In this document: one piece after another, positions 1 to 12,752 of the stretch
Layout: the number at the start of each line of letters is the position of its first letter
Numbering within the stretch: position 1 is the first letter of the stretch
From: an uncultured Clostridiaceae bacterium
Lineage (GTDB): Bacteria > Bacillota > Clostridia > TANB77 > CAG-508
Direction of reading: 5' to 3'
DNA: 64,000 nt
Assembly: GCA_930990125.1 (NCBI GenBank)
Contig: CAKNOI010000003.1
Span: forward strand, 972 to 64,971
The notes under the pieces: generated by a model
The model's database searches: none
The model's input: only the letters and a program-made list of their open reading frames with translations
Told to the model about the DNA's origin: nothing
Program-made: the position numbers and the translations under genes

Positions 1-1100
1 TAAAATCAGAATAAAAATATAAAAAGAAAAAAGAAATAAAATGACAAATAAAATAGTAAATAAAAAAATCGAAGAGGATAAAATATAAAATTTATAAAAA
101 AGAAGTGAATTCAGAAAGTAAAAAAATTTAGTTAAAAAAATTTTTGTAGATAATAAAATTAAAGTTATAAAGAAAAAATCTTTATAAAATAAAAATAAAT
201 ATATTTGTGAAAAAAATTAATTTATTAAAAAAGTGCATTAAAAAAATAATAAGAAAATACAAAAGAAAATTGTATACAAAGTGATAAAAAATAAAAGTAA
301 TCTTCTAAAGCGATAAAAAAAATTGTCAAAAACAAGAAATTAGAAACAAAATTATGTATACAATACAAAAGTAAAATATTTGTCAACAAGGATAGAATAA
401 AAAGCTGAAAAAAAGAGACAAAAAACAATCAAAAAAGGAGATAGAAAGAAAGCAATAGAAAAAAACGAGTAAAAGATGTCAAAAATGAGAGAAAAAAGCT
501 TGGGGAATAAGCAAATTCCAAAAATTCAAAAACACGACAAGAGAGGGTAACATAAAGCAGAAGAAAGCCATATTCTTAACCAAAAGAAACCGAAACAATA
601 AGTAATAAAAAAACATAGAAAAGGAAACGTAAAAGAGTATGGTTGCGAATAAGACAAATGCAAACAAAATAAAATTCAATCAAAAAGATAGAAAGATTGC
701 TCAAAGAATAGAGAAAAATATATCATTTAAAAAAGAGAATGTTATATAAGAAAAAAATAAAAATAAAACAAAAAATAGCGTGATATAAAATCTAAAAATT
801 AGAATGATAATATCAATAAAGTTAAAGCAAAAATAAAAAATAGAACTATCATGAAAATAAAACTAAAAATAATTTAATAAATAAAACTAAAAATAAAAAT
901 ATAAAATAATAAATGTAAAAAATAAAATATTAAAATAAAAACAAAATTATAAAAAAGAAAAATAATACATAAAAAATAATGTTATTTAAGATATTAAATT
1001 TAAAATAAAGTAATAATAACTTACATTAAATCAAAAATAACAAAAAGGAAAAATTTATATTTAATTATAGAATAATAGTAATATTATTAAACAGGAATTA
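1..1100. repeat. A-rich low-complexity tract (~1.1 kb, strong A>>T strand skew, almost no G/C, dense stop codons in all + frames)
   Basis: Visible composition; the only ORFs are poly-Phe artefacts on the minus strand. Confidence 0.6.
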
Positions 1101-1164
1101 AAAAATTAATATAAAGAGGATATAAATAGAATATAGGATATAAAATGATAGCAAAAAAATTGAA

Positions 1165-1389
1165 ATGGATTTTATGATAAGAGATAAGAATTCTTTAATA
1201 CCAGTAGAAGTAAAAGCAAATAATAATGCTACCATTTCTCTTAATAATTTAATAAATAGTAATTTATATAAAGATATTAATTATGGAATAAAATTATGCA
1301 ATAAAAATATTGGATTTAATAATAAATTTTATACATTTCCTTATTTCTTAACATTTTTATTAAAAAAATATTTAAAAGAGAAAAAATAA
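1165..1389 (+). pseudogene. C-terminal remnant of a DUF4143/AAA+ ATPase-family gene (the motif MDFMI....IPVEVK resembles the conserved C-terminal EIDFV...IPIEVK region)
   Basis: Short ORF with no N-terminal ATPase domain, preceded by the junk-like A-rich tract. Confidence 0.35.
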
Positions 1390-1480
1390 TAAAAGTAAAA
1401 TAAATAAAAAAGAAATATATGTTAGGAAAATTCTATTTCAAACTATTGCAAGGTCCTTCTAATAATTGATATAATAAAAC

Positions 1481-1966
1481 ATGAAGGAAGTGGAAAAATT
1501 GAAAATAATGTTTATTTGTACAGGAAATACATGTAGAAGTGCAATGGCAGAGGCAATAATGAGAAAAAAAATACAAGAAGAAAAACTTTCGATAGAGGTG
1601 TTTTCTTGTGGTATTTATGCAATGGATGGTGATACTGCGACTGGACTTGCTATAGATGCTATGAAAAAAAGAGGAATTGATTTAAGCAATCATAGAGCGA
1701 CTAATATAAAACAGAGTGATATTTTACAAATGGATTTTATTTTATGTGCAACAGAAGAGCATAAAAAAATAGTAGAACTGTTATATCCAGAGAAAAAAGA
1801 ACAAATATATACAATAAAAGAATATGCTTATGGAACGAATATAATAAATAAAAATATAAAAGACCCATGGGGATATTCAATGGATACGTACGAATCTGTA
1901 GCAGAAGAATTAGAAGATTGTATTAACAAAATAATAGAAAAAATAAAGAATCAACAACAGAAATAA
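1481..1966 (+). CDS. Low-molecular-weight protein tyrosine/arginine phosphatase (YwlE-like); true start probably 1497-1508
   Basis: CTGNTCRS P-loop (C-X5-R) near the N-terminus; ~160 aa. Confidence 0.8.
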   Translation: MKEVEKLKIMFICTGNTCRSAMAEAIMRKKIQEEKLSIEVFSCGIYAMDGDTATGLAIDAMKKRGIDLSNHRATNIKQSDILQMDFILCATEEHKKIVELLYPEKKEQIYTIKEYAYGTNIINKNIKDPWGYSMDTYESVAEELEDCINKIIEKIKNQQQK

Positions 1967-2087
1967 AAAAGAAAAATAAAAGAAAAAAATAATAATAAAT
2001 AAAAATAATAAATAAAAAGCATTGCAAAAAGGAAGAAAATAAATTATAATTATACAAACATAAATTCGTAAAAGGAAGGAAGTAAAA

Positions 2088-4382
2088 ATGATAGATTTAA
2101 TAGAAGGTTTAAACGACAAACAAAAAGAAGCTGTATTACAAACAGAGGGACCATGCCTTATTATTGCAGGAGCTGGTAGTGGTAAAACAAAGGTATTAAC
2201 ACATAAAATAGCCTATTTAGTAGGAGAAAAAAATGTAGCTCCTTGGAGTATTTTAGCTATTACATTTACCAATAAAGCAGCAAATGAAATGAAAGAAAGA
2301 GTAGAAAAATTAGTAGGAGATATTGCACAAGATATGTGGCTTGGTACCTTTCATTCTATTTGTGTTCGTATTTTAAGAAGATATATAGATAGAATTGGGT
2401 TTGAAAATTCTTTTGTTATTTTTGATACAACAGATCAAAAAAGCATGATAAAAGCTTGCCTAAAAGAATTACAAATAGACGATAAGCTTTTTAATGACCG
2501 TGCTGTCCTTTCCGAAATAAGTAATGCAAAAAATGAAATGCTAGAACCAGAACAGTATATAGCAAGACATGTAGGAGATTATAGAAAAGAAACTATTGGA
2601 AAAGTATATACCTTATATCAAAAACGTTTAAAAGAAAATAATGCTATTGATTTTGATGATATTATTAATTTTGCAATAAAAATTCTATTAGAAAATCCAG
2701 ATGTATTAGATTATTATTCCGGTAAATTTCATTATGTATTAGTAGATGAATACCAAGATACTAATAAAGCACAATTTACTCTTATTACTATTTTAGCTTC
2801 ACGTTATGGAAATATTACTGTTGTGGGAGATAATGACCAGGGTATTTATAGTTTTAGAGGAGCAGATATTAGTAATATTTTAAATTTTGAGAAAGATTTT
2901 CCGGGAACTAAAATAATTAAATTAGAACAAAATTATCGCTGTACAGGAAATATATTAAAAGCTGCTAATGCTGTTATTAAGCATAATGAAAATAAATACG
3001 AAAAGAAATTATGGACAGAAAACGAAGAAGGGTGTAAACCAGAAGTATATTCTGCAGATAATGAATATGATGAAGCAATGTATATTGTAACACAAATGAA
3101 TCATTTAAAAAGAGAAGAATATTACAAGAATTCTGATTTTACAATCCTATACCGTATGAATACACAATCCAGAGCGATTGAAGATATTTTCCGAAGAGAA
3201 GATATTCCTTATAAAATTATTGGTGGTTTAAAATTCTACGAAAGAAAAGAAATAAAAGATATTATTGCTTACTTACGTTTAATTCAAAATCCATCTGACA
3301 ACTTAAGTTTAAGAAGAATTATTAATGAACCAAAACGTGGAGTAGGTAATACAAGCTTAGATAAAATTGCAGCTATTTCCGAACAAACAGGAAAGTCTAT
3401 GTACGAAATTATTAAACATGCAGAAGAGTATGAACTAAATCGTATTTTCTTAAATACACGAGAGTTTATTCAAACGATGGAAGAACTAATGGCAAAAAAA
3501 GAAAGTTTAACAATTTCCGAGTTGATAAAAGAGACATTAAAGAAAACAGGTTATACAGCTGCTTTAGAAAAAGAAGAAACGCAAGAAGCGGAAAATAGGA
3601 TAGAAAACTTAGAAGAATTTTTAACGGTAGCCATTGAATTTGAAGAAGAATCTGCAGATAACACTTTGGCAGAATTTTTAGAAGGTATTACGCTTTCTAG
3701 TGATATTGATTCTTTAGAAGATAGCGAAGATAGTGTTACGATGATGACACTTCATAGTGCAAAAGGACTAGAATTTCCTGTAGTTTTCTTAGTAGGAATG
3801 GAAGAAGGAATTTTTCCTGGATACCGTGCAATTGGAGAGCAAAAAGAATTAGAAGAAGAAAGGAGACTTTGCTACGTTGGTATTACTAGAGCAAAAGAGC
3901 ATTTATTTTTAACTTGTGCAAAACAAAGGACAATGTTTGGCTCTACTTCTTGTAATAGTCCATCTCGTTTCTTAAAAGAAATTCCAGAGGACTTACTAGA
4001 AGGCTATGCAGAAGCATTAGGAAATACAAGCAAGAAAATTTCTTTTGAAGATACTAATACGAATTGGACATATGGAAATAATAAAGAGAATAGGCAACAT
4101 TCTTCTCCTTTAGAGAGAATAAAAATAGGAAGTAAAGTAGATTCTCCAGCCTTTTCTTTCCGAACAGCAGAAAGCTTCTTAAATAGCTTAAACAAAAAAG
4201 AGCAAGAGGTAGATTTATCGATGTACAAAGAAGGAGAAAGAGTATATCATAAAAAATTTGGAGAAGGAACCATTAATAAGGTAGAACAAGAAGGAGAAGA
4301 CTTAAAAGTAGACATTTCTTTTGATAAGGCAGGACATAAAAGATTGATGGCTAAATTTGCAGGATTAGAAATTATAGAATAG
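2088..4382 (+). CDS. pcrA: ATP-dependent DNA helicase PcrA (UvrD family)
   Basis: GAGSGKT Walker A, UvrD-type helicase motifs, 764 aa; RBS AAGGAAG upstream. Confidence 0.9.
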   Translation: MIDLIEGLNDKQKEAVLQTEGPCLIIAGAGSGKTKVLTHKIAYLVGEKNVAPWSILAITFTNKAANEMKERVEKLVGDIAQDMWLGTFHSICVRILRRYIDRIGFENSFVIFDTTDQKSMIKACLKELQIDDKLFNDRAVLSEISNAKNEMLEPEQYIARHVGDYRKETIGKVYTLYQKRLKENNAIDFDDIINFAIKILLENPDVLDYYSGKFHYVLVDEYQDTNKAQFTLITILASRYGNITVVGDNDQGIYSFRGADISNILNFEKDFPGTKIIKLEQNYRCTGNILKAANAVIKHNENKYEKKLWTENEEGCKPEVYSADNEYDEAMYIVTQMNHLKREEYYKNSDFTILYRMNTQSRAIEDIFRREDIPYKIIGGLKFYERKEIKDIIAYLRLIQNPSDNLSLRRIINEPKRGVGNTSLDKIAAISEQTGKSMYEIIKHAEEYELNRIFLNTREFIQTMEELMAKKESLTISELIKETLKKTGYTAALEKEETQEAENRIENLEEFLTVAIEFEEESADNTLAEFLEGITLSSDIDSLEDSEDSVTMMTLHSAKGLEFPVVFLVGMEEGIFPGYRAIGEQKELEEERRLCYVGITRAKEHLFLTCAKQRTMFGSTSCNSPSRFLKEIPEDLLEGYAEALGNTSKKISFEDTNTNWTYGNNKENRQHSSPLERIKIGSKVDSPAFSFRTAESFLNSLNKKEQEVDLSMYKEGERVYHKKFGEGTINKVEQEGEDLKVDISFDKAGHKRLMAKFAGLEIIE

Positions 4383-4490
4383 AAAGAAATTGCTAAAAAA
4401 AGGAAAAAAGTCGCTAACATTTTACTGGTATAAAACTTTCAAAAACGAACAATACTAACAATAGGAAATTAAAGAAAGGAAGATGAAAAA

Positions 4491-4679
4491 ATGCCAGAAT
4501 TAAATCAAGTAGAACTTCAAAATTTAAGACATCTTATTGGAGCACACGAAACTTCTTATCAAAAATTAAACAATTATGCTTCTACCTGTGTAGACCCACA
4601 AATTAAGCAAATGTTTAGTAAATCTGCACAAGATGCCTTAAATACAAAACAAAAATTAATGTCATTTTTAAATAATTAA
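4491..4679 (+). CDS. Small spore-coat protein F-like (Coat_F domain) protein
   Basis: ...CVDPQIKQMF..AQDA... pattern typical of CotF-like proteins; RBS AAGGAAG. Confidence 0.45.
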   Translation: MPELNQVELQNLRHLIGAHETSYQKLNNYASTCVDPQIKQMFSKSAQDALNTKQKLMSFLNN

Positions 4680-4689
4680 GGAGGATATC

Positions 4690-4935
4690 ATGGACGAAAA
4701 AACAATGGTAAACGATATTTTAGATGGCGTAAAAGGCGACTTAAACACCTATCAAACAGCTATATCAGAATGTGCCAATATGCAATTAAGACAAACTTTG
4801 CAACAAATTCGTAACAATGACGAAAGCTTTCAATATGAATTGTTTAAAGTAGCACAAGCAAAGGGATATTATAAACCAGCAGCAGCAGCTACTGTTACAG
4901 AAATTCAAACTGTGAAAAATGAATTACAACAATAA
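4690..4935 (+). CDS. Second CotF-like small protein; operon partner of 4491-4679
   Basis: Contiguous, RBS AAGGAGG; similar helical Q-rich composition. Confidence 0.45.
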   Translation: MDEKTMVNDILDGVKGDLNTYQTAISECANMQLRQTLQQIRNNDESFQYELFKVAQAKGYYKPAAAATVTEIQTVKNELQQ

Positions 4936-5162
4936 AAAAGAAGAAAAAAAGAGAAGGATATTTGTATTCCTTCTCTTTTTGAAAGGAAAGAAGGATAAGT
5001 TTGAAAATAGAAGAAATTACAAAAAAATGAGAAATAATCCAAGAAAAATCTTACGGAAATAAGATTAACAAAAAAATTTAAGTGGATTTCGTAATTGTAA
5101 GAATGAAAAATGTAAGATAAAATAAAAACAATAAAATCACAAAAAGAAAAAGGGTAAAGGAG

Positions 5163-6182
5163 TTGTTTAAGATTAGTACAAAGATAAAAAAAGTAGTAGC
5201 ACATATTCGTACATCCGTAAAGCTTATTCTTCTAATATTACTTTCTTTATTTATTATTATGGGACTTGTGACACTGTTTTATAGACCAATGTATCGTGTC
5301 ACTCTAAAAGGAGAGACAATTGGTTATACAGAAAACAGAGAAGAACTACAAAAAAGAATTAGCGATTATATCAATCATGGGGATACAAGCATTGCAAATG
5401 CAGCATTTGCACAAATAGAAGAATCTCCAAATTTTAGCATGTGCCTCTTAAAAAAAGGAATTGTAACCAATGACGAAGAGATATACCAAAAAGTGATAGA
5501 AGGTAGTACAATGTATTATCACTTTTATGCTGTAACAGAAAATGGAGAAGAAAAATACTACACATCTACCTTTGAAGAGGCAGAACAAGCAGTAAAAGAA
5601 TTGAAAGAGAAAAATAGTACCAATAAAGAGAATTTAGCAATTGCAGAAAAATATGCGAAAGAATTAAAAACCTTAGATACGAAAGATACTATTGTATCAA
5701 AACTATATGTAGAACCAGTAAAAGAAACACCAAAGGTAACTGTAGCAACAACAGGAACAACAAGCAGTTTAAAAGGAAATAATACTTCTAAGAAAAAAGT
5801 TTCTTTAGGAATTAGTTTAATAAGACCTGTATCTGGAACCATTTCTTCACGTTATGGAAGAAGAAGTAGTGGAATGCACACTGGACTTGACATCGCGGCA
5901 CCAAATGGAACCACAATTAAAGCTGCAGCATCTGGAACAGTAACTTTTTCAGGAGGAAATCCTAATAGAAGCTATGGATACTATATTATTATATCCCATG
6001 GAAATGGAGTACAAACCTACTATTGCCATTGCAGTAAATTATTAGTATCTGCAGGAACAAAAGTAACACAAGGTCAACCAATTGCCAAAGTAGGAAAAAC
6101 AGGAAATGCAACAGGTAATCATCTACACTTAGAAATTCGAGTAAATGGAGTAACACAAAATCCACAAAATTACATATATTAA
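5163..6182 (+). CDS. Membrane-anchored M23 family metallopeptidase (LytM-like; TTG start)
   Basis: C-terminal GLDIAAP..G..I.A...G.V......GYGYYIII.H......Y.H........G..V..G..I...G.TG..TG.HLHLE motif set; N-terminal TM segment. Confidence 0.8.
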   Translation: MFKISTKIKKVVAHIRTSVKLILLILLSLFIIMGLVTLFYRPMYRVTLKGETIGYTENREELQKRISDYINHGDTSIANAAFAQIEESPNFSMCLLKKGIVTNDEEIYQKVIEGSTMYYHFYAVTENGEEKYYTSTFEEAEQAVKELKEKNSTNKENLAIAEKYAKELKTLDTKDTIVSKLYVEPVKETPKVTVATTGTTSSLKGNNTSKKKVSLGISLIRPVSGTISSRYGRRSSGMHTGLDIAAPNGTTIKAAASGTVTFSGGNPNRSYGYYIIISHGNGVQTYYCHCSKLLVSAGTKVTQGQPIAKVGKTGNATGNHLHLEIRVNGVTQNPQNYIY

Positions 6183-6209
6183 AATAAAACACTTCTGTTT
6201 AAGAAGTGT

Positions 6210-6839
6210 TTATTTTTTACTAAAAAATTGTTTCCCTGTTTTTAAAGCATTATGCTTCATAATTAATTTTCCATGTTCTTGCAATTTTCTTTGGAATAGC
6301 TTCCCATTATGTATGTTGGAAGCGAATTCACTAATGCAAGAATGAAACTGGATTAAACTCTTAGGAGGAATATGTATATCAGAAAGCACTAAATAATAAT
6401 TTTCATGGTATTCATATAATAAAATCTTTTTTGCAATTTTCGGAACAAATAAAAAAGAATCAGTATCTAAGAAATTACAAAACTCACAAAAATCATCAAA
6501 AGAAGCAAATAGATAAATGGCAGTTGTAGCACTTAAATTGTAAGTTTTTCTCTTGGTACGCACTTTCCTATTTTTATAAGTTTTCTTCTCTCTACCCGCA
6601 GGACACATTCTAGTTACGGTAAAAACAAAATCACCCTCCATGGTAGCAAGTGCCTCTATACGAATTTGATAGTTCTTGGTAATAAAACCAACCTCTTCCT
6701 CTGCTTGCTCTAGCAAATTTAGAAACAAATCCTGTGTTTCTAACGAATTTGCCATAAAAGAATGAATATCAATATGTTTTTCATCTAAATCCTGTTTATT
6801 TAATGTAATTCTTATCTTATCTTCACCGAAGTTTTTCAA
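6210..6839 (-). CDS. mecA: MecA-like adaptor protein (ClpC adaptor / negative regulator of competence family)
   Basis: N-terminal MK..G.DKIRITL..QDL pattern and central ...IRIEALATMEGDFVFTVTR segment resemble MecA; ~209 aa. Confidence 0.55.
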   Translation of the reverse strand: MKNFGEDKIRITLNKQDLDEKHIDIHSFMANSLETQDLFLNLLEQAEEEVGFITKNYQIRIEALATMEGDFVFTVTRMCPAGREKKTYKNRKVRTKRKTYNLSATTAIYLFASFDDFCEFCNFLDTDSFLFVPKIAKKILLYEYHENYYLVLSDIHIPPKSLIQFHSCISEFASNIHNGKLFQRKLQEHGKLIMKHNALKTGKQFFSKK

Positions 6840-7198
6840 ATCTCACCTTTACACTACCCCCAAAATGATTCTATTATCATTATACTACGAAAATCCATTT
6901 TTTAAAAGAACGAAAAAAATGGTAATTTCTAAAGCTACTCTATTATATGTGGTATCCTTAAAAAAGGTACTTCATACTATATCATAAGAATAGGAAAAAG
7001 AAAAGGAAAATTAATTATTTTTATAAGAATTTTACAAGAACAAATTAAAAATAGAGCACTAAAAATTAGGGTAAAATGTACTAAAAATGCATTTTAGGAA
7101 AAAATTGTATATATTACTTGAAAAAAAAGAGGATTCCTTATATAATAAGTAGGAAAACAAAAGAATTTAATTTCCGTAAGAAGAATGGAGGAATAAAA

Positions 7199-7456
7199 GT
7201 GGCAACAAGAGAAAAAAATATATGGATATTACTCGTATTTTTATTATCTGGTTTAGTAATTGGAGGATTATTAGGAGAATTAGCATCACATGTAGATTTT
7301 TTGTGGTGGCTATCTTATGGGGAGTCATTTGGACTTGCAAGTCCTATTACACTAGACTTAAATATTGTAGAACTTACCTTTGGACTTATGTTTAAAATTA
7401 ATGTAGCAAGCATTATTGGAATGGTAATTGCTATTTTTATTTATCGAAAGGTATAA
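7199..7456 (+). CDS. Small two-TM membrane protein (DUF4321-like) upstream of radC-mreB; start assigned to the GTG at 7199 behind a GGAGG RBS
   Basis: RBS GGAGG 8 nt before the GTG; hydrophobic helices. Confidence 0.5.
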   Translation: MATREKNIWILLVFLLSGLVIGGLLGELASHVDFLWWLSYGESFGLASPITLDLNIVELTFGLMFKINVASIIGMVIAIFIYRKV

Positions 7457-7522
7457 GCAAGAAAAAAAGAACAATACTATATATAGGGGAATGGGGGTAT
7501 AAAGAAAGGTGTGGTAAAAACC

Positions 7523-9250
<1,728 letters not shown>

Positions 9251-9282
9251 ATTCCGAAAAGAAAGGGAGAAGAAAAACATAC

Positions 9283-10095
9283 ATGTACAAAAATAAGAAA
9301 AGCGGAATAATTGGAATTATTGTAACAATTGTAATACTCATTGTTATCGTATTTTTATCCAATGTAGAAGTAGGACAGCTATCCGATGCCCAAAATGTAT
9401 TTACCAGTTTGATTATGCCAGTACAAAATGGATTAACCTATCTAAAAAATAAATTATCGGGAAATGATAGCTTTTTCACAGACATCAATCGTTTGCAAGA
9501 AGAAAACGAAGAATTAAAACAAAAAAACAAAGAATTAGAAGAAAGTTTAAGAGAATTAGAAATTACAAAAAACGAAAATGAACGTTTGACAGAATTACTA
9601 GGATTAACAGAAAAATATTCTAACTATACAACCATACCAGCCTATGTCATTAATCGAGATATGAATAATTATAGCAACATGATTGTAATAGATGTAGGAG
9701 CCAAAGACGGTATTAAAGAGAATATGGTTGTAATAGCCGACAAAGGTTTAGTAGGACATGTTGTTTCTGTATCAGACACCACTGCAAAAGTACAAACTAT
9801 TATTGACCCTTCAAGCACCGTAAGTAGTACTCTTACAACAACAAGAGATAATATTATTGTAAGAGGAAGTATAGAAGGAGAAAGTAGATTAAAAGGAACC
9901 TATATCCAACCAGATGTCTTAATAGCAGAAGGAGATAGCATCGAAACATCCGGAATTGGAGGAATTTACCCAAAAGGAATTCATATAGGAGTGGTAAAAC
10001 AAGTAATCCCTACCAAAAATACGACAGACCGATATGTATGGATTGAAACAGCAGTAGACTTTACCAAACTAGAAACAGTTTTAGTAATAGAATAA
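9283..10095 (+). CDS. mreC: Rod shape-determining protein MreC
   Basis: N-terminal TM, coiled-coil, then beta domain; position after mreB. Confidence 0.85.
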   Translation: MYKNKKSGIIGIIVTIVILIVIVFLSNVEVGQLSDAQNVFTSLIMPVQNGLTYLKNKLSGNDSFFTDINRLQEENEELKQKNKELEESLRELEITKNENERLTELLGLTEKYSNYTTIPAYVINRDMNNYSNMIVIDVGAKDGIKENMVVIADKGLVGHVVSVSDTTAKVQTIIDPSSTVSSTLTTTRDNIIVRGSIEGESRLKGTYIQPDVLIAEGDSIETSGIGGIYPKGIHIGVVKQVIPTKNTTDRYVWIETAVDFTKLETVLVIE

Positions 10096-10109
10096 AAAGA
10101 GGTGAAATA

Positions 10110-10643
10110 TTGAAAAAAGTAGGTATTATTATTGCATTTTTTGCTGTTTTCCTATGTTTATATTTTTTACAAGCCAATTTCTTTACATGGTTTACGATAG
10201 CAGATGTAATGCCAAACCTTTTTATTATCTTTTTATTATTTATTGGATTATTTGCAGGAAAAAAAGTAGGAGCCATTTGCGGGTTAGTATTTGGTATTAT
10301 TTTAGATTTTTGCATTGGAAAATCCGTGTTCATGTATGGCGTTATGTTAATGGTAGTAGGTTTCCTAGGAGGATTACTAGATAAAAATTTCTCCAAAGAC
10401 AGTAGAATAACTATTATGTTAATGGTAATAGGAATGACCTGCATTTTTGAAATAGGAATATACCTTATTTCTGTCCTGTTGCTATCTGCTAACCTTGAGA
10501 TAGTGGCTTTTTTAAGAACATTGCTAATAGAAATAATTTATAATGTATTATTAACCATTATCGTTTATCCTTTATTTCCAGCATTAGGTTATCCAATAGA
10601 AGAAAAATTTAAAGGGAAAACAATTCTAACAAAGTATTTTTAA
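10110..10643 (+). CDS. mreD: Rod shape-determining protein MreD
   Basis: Polytopic ~177 aa membrane protein immediately after mreC. Confidence 0.8.
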   Translation: MKKVGIIIAFFAVFLCLYFLQANFFTWFTIADVMPNLFIIFLLFIGLFAGKKVGAICGLVFGIILDFCIGKSVFMYGVMLMVVGFLGGLLDKNFSKDSRITIMLMVIGMTCIFEIGIYLISVLLLSANLEIVAFLRTLLIEIIYNVLLTIIVYPLFPALGYPIEEKFKGKTILTKYF

Positions 10644-10657
10644 AAGAAGGTGAAACA

Positions 10658-12736
10658 TTGGAACGAAAAAATGATACAGCAAGTACAAGATTAAGATTTA
10701 ATATATTAGGAACAATTATTTATTTAATAGGCATTGTTCTATTATTACAATTATTTAACCTTCAAATAGTGCATGGTGAAGAATATAGAGGGGAATCCAA
10801 TACAAGACTTACCAAAGAAACGGTATTAGAAGCGGCAAGAGGTAAAATAGTAGATAGAACGGGAATAGAACTTGCCAGTACGCAAATTGTAAATAGTTTA
10901 GAATTATATAAAACCAAAATCTCAAACGAAGAATTAAATACCATGTTATTAGAAGTAGCAACAGTATTAGAACAAAATGGGGATTCGTATACCGATAATC
11001 TACCTTTAAGCATTAACCCAATCGGATTTACCATGGAAACAGAGGAAGAACAAAAAAAATGGAAAAAAGAAATGGAGATAGACGAAAACGCTACGGCAGA
11101 ACAGGTTTTTGGGAAATTAAAAGAAAAATATGAAATCACTAATGAAAATATAGAAGAAGTAAGGAAGATAATGACATTACGTTATGAAATTAACATACAA
11201 GGATATAGTAGTACCAGTGCTATCGAAATAGCGGAAAATATTTCAGAAACAAGCCTTGCTATTTTTAACGAACAAAATGCAAAATTCCCGGGACTTTCTA
11301 TCACACAAAAGCCACAAAGAACATACCTTAAAGGAAATCTAGCCTCTCACGTATTAGGATATATGGGAAGAATAGAAACAGAAGAATACGAAAAGAACAA
11401 AGATGTTTATGATATGAACGATGTAGTAGGAACCAGTGGCGTAGAATATGTATTGGAAAAGTTCTTAAGAGGAACAGATGGTACCAAACAAATTGATATG
11501 TCTGTTGATGGAACTGTTACAGATGAATACATTACCAAAGAAGCAGTAGCAGGAAACAATGTCGTAATTACTATAGATGCAAAATTACAACAAGTAGTAC
11601 AAGATGCTCTAAAAACGAATATAGAAAAAATTCGAAACGGAGGTTTTTCTCAACAATCTGATACAGCAGGTGGTGCTTGTATTGTCATGAATGTAAAAAC
11701 AGGAGAAGTATTAGCTTTAGCAAGTTATCCAGATTTTGAACCACAAGCATTTATTGGGGGAATTTCCAGTGAAAAATGGAATGAATATACTACTAATTTA
11801 ATGCCATTAAAAAATAGAGCTATTCAAGAAGCAAATGCACCAGGTTCTATTTTCAAAATGATTACAGCAATAGCAGCATTAGAATCTGGAGTTACCAATA
11901 CTACAGAACAAGTATATGACTCTGGCGTATATCGTTACTATAATCAAAAATTACCATGTTGGTATTATACAGACTACGGAGTAGGTCATAGATGGCAAAA
12001 TGTATCTGCAGCAATAAAAAACTCTTGTAACTATTATTTTTGTGAAATGGGACAACGCTTAGGAATTGATAAATTAGTAGAATACGCATCAGGATTTGGA
12101 CTAGGTAAAAAGACAGGAATAGAACTACTAGGAGAAACAGCAGGAACTTTAGCTACTAGTTTAAATAATGAGCCAGGAAATATTTTAAACCTATCTATTG
12201 GTCAAGGAGCAAATAGTTTTAGTGTCATACAAATGGCTAAATACATTAGTATGGTGGCCAATGGAGGAAAAGACTTAGATGTTACCATTATCAAAAGTGT
12301 GATAGATGAAAACGGAAACGAAATACCAAAAGAGCAAGTAGAAGAAGTAGTAAATGAAAGACTAGGACTAGAAAAGACAGAATTAAAAGATATGAATATC
12401 AAACAAGAAAATTTACAAGCAGTACTAGAAGGAATGAAATCCGTAACAACAGAATCAGGTGGTACAGCTAATAGTTTCTTTAGAGGATTTGATATAGAAG
12501 TAGGAGGAAAAACAGGTTCCGCCGAAGTAGGAAATGGAAAAGTAAATGCATGGTTTGCAGGCTTTGCACCATACGAAGACCCAGAAATTGCAGTAGTAGT
12601 AATGGTGGAAAACGGAAAACACGGAAGCTACACAGCAGAGCCAGTAAGAGACATCATTGCAGAATACTTTGGAATGAACCTACAAGAAGCACAAGAAAGC
12701 ATGGAAGCTATCCCAACCGTTCAAGTACAAAGATAA
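10658..12736 (+). CDS. mrdA: Penicillin-binding protein 2 (class B PBP, elongasome transpeptidase); TTG start
   Basis: SxxK (GSIFK), SxN (SCN) and KTG motifs; N-terminal TM; PBP dimerisation domain. Confidence 0.85.
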   Translation: MERKNDTASTRLRFNILGTIIYLIGIVLLLQLFNLQIVHGEEYRGESNTRLTKETVLEAARGKIVDRTGIELASTQIVNSLELYKTKISNEELNTMLLEVATVLEQNGDSYTDNLPLSINPIGFTMETEEEQKKWKKEMEIDENATAEQVFGKLKEKYEITNENIEEVRKIMTLRYEINIQGYSSTSAIEIAENISETSLAIFNEQNAKFPGLSITQKPQRTYLKGNLASHVLGYMGRIETEEYEKNKDVYDMNDVVGTSGVEYVLEKFLRGTDGTKQIDMSVDGTVTDEYITKEAVAGNNVVITIDAKLQQVVQDALKTNIEKIRNGGFSQQSDTAGGACIVMNVKTGEVLALASYPDFEPQAFIGGISSEKWNEYTTNLMPLKNRAIQEANAPGSIFKMITAIAALESGVTNTTEQVYDSGVYRYYNQKLPCWYYTDYGVGHRWQNVSAAIKNSCNYYFCEMGQRLGIDKLVEYASGFGLGKKTGIELLGETAGTLATSLNNEPGNILNLSIGQGANSFSVIQMAKYISMVANGGKDLDVTIIKSVIDENGNEIPKEQVEEVVNERLGLEKTELKDMNIKQENLQAVLEGMKSVTTESGGTANSFFRGFDIEVGGKTGSAEVGNGKVNAWFAGFAPYEDPEIAVVVMVENGKHGSYTAEPVRDIIAEYFGMNLQEAQESMEAIPTVQVQR

Positions 12737-12752
12737 GAAAGGAAACAAAAAT

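Noticed and set aside
225-679. Two ~66-aa minus-strand ORFs in the A-rich tract
   Set aside because: They are poly-Phe/Leu translations of a T-rich strand, low-complexity artefacts
10154-10384. 76-aa + ORF overlapping mreD in another frame
   Set aside because: It is inside mreD and lacks an RBS
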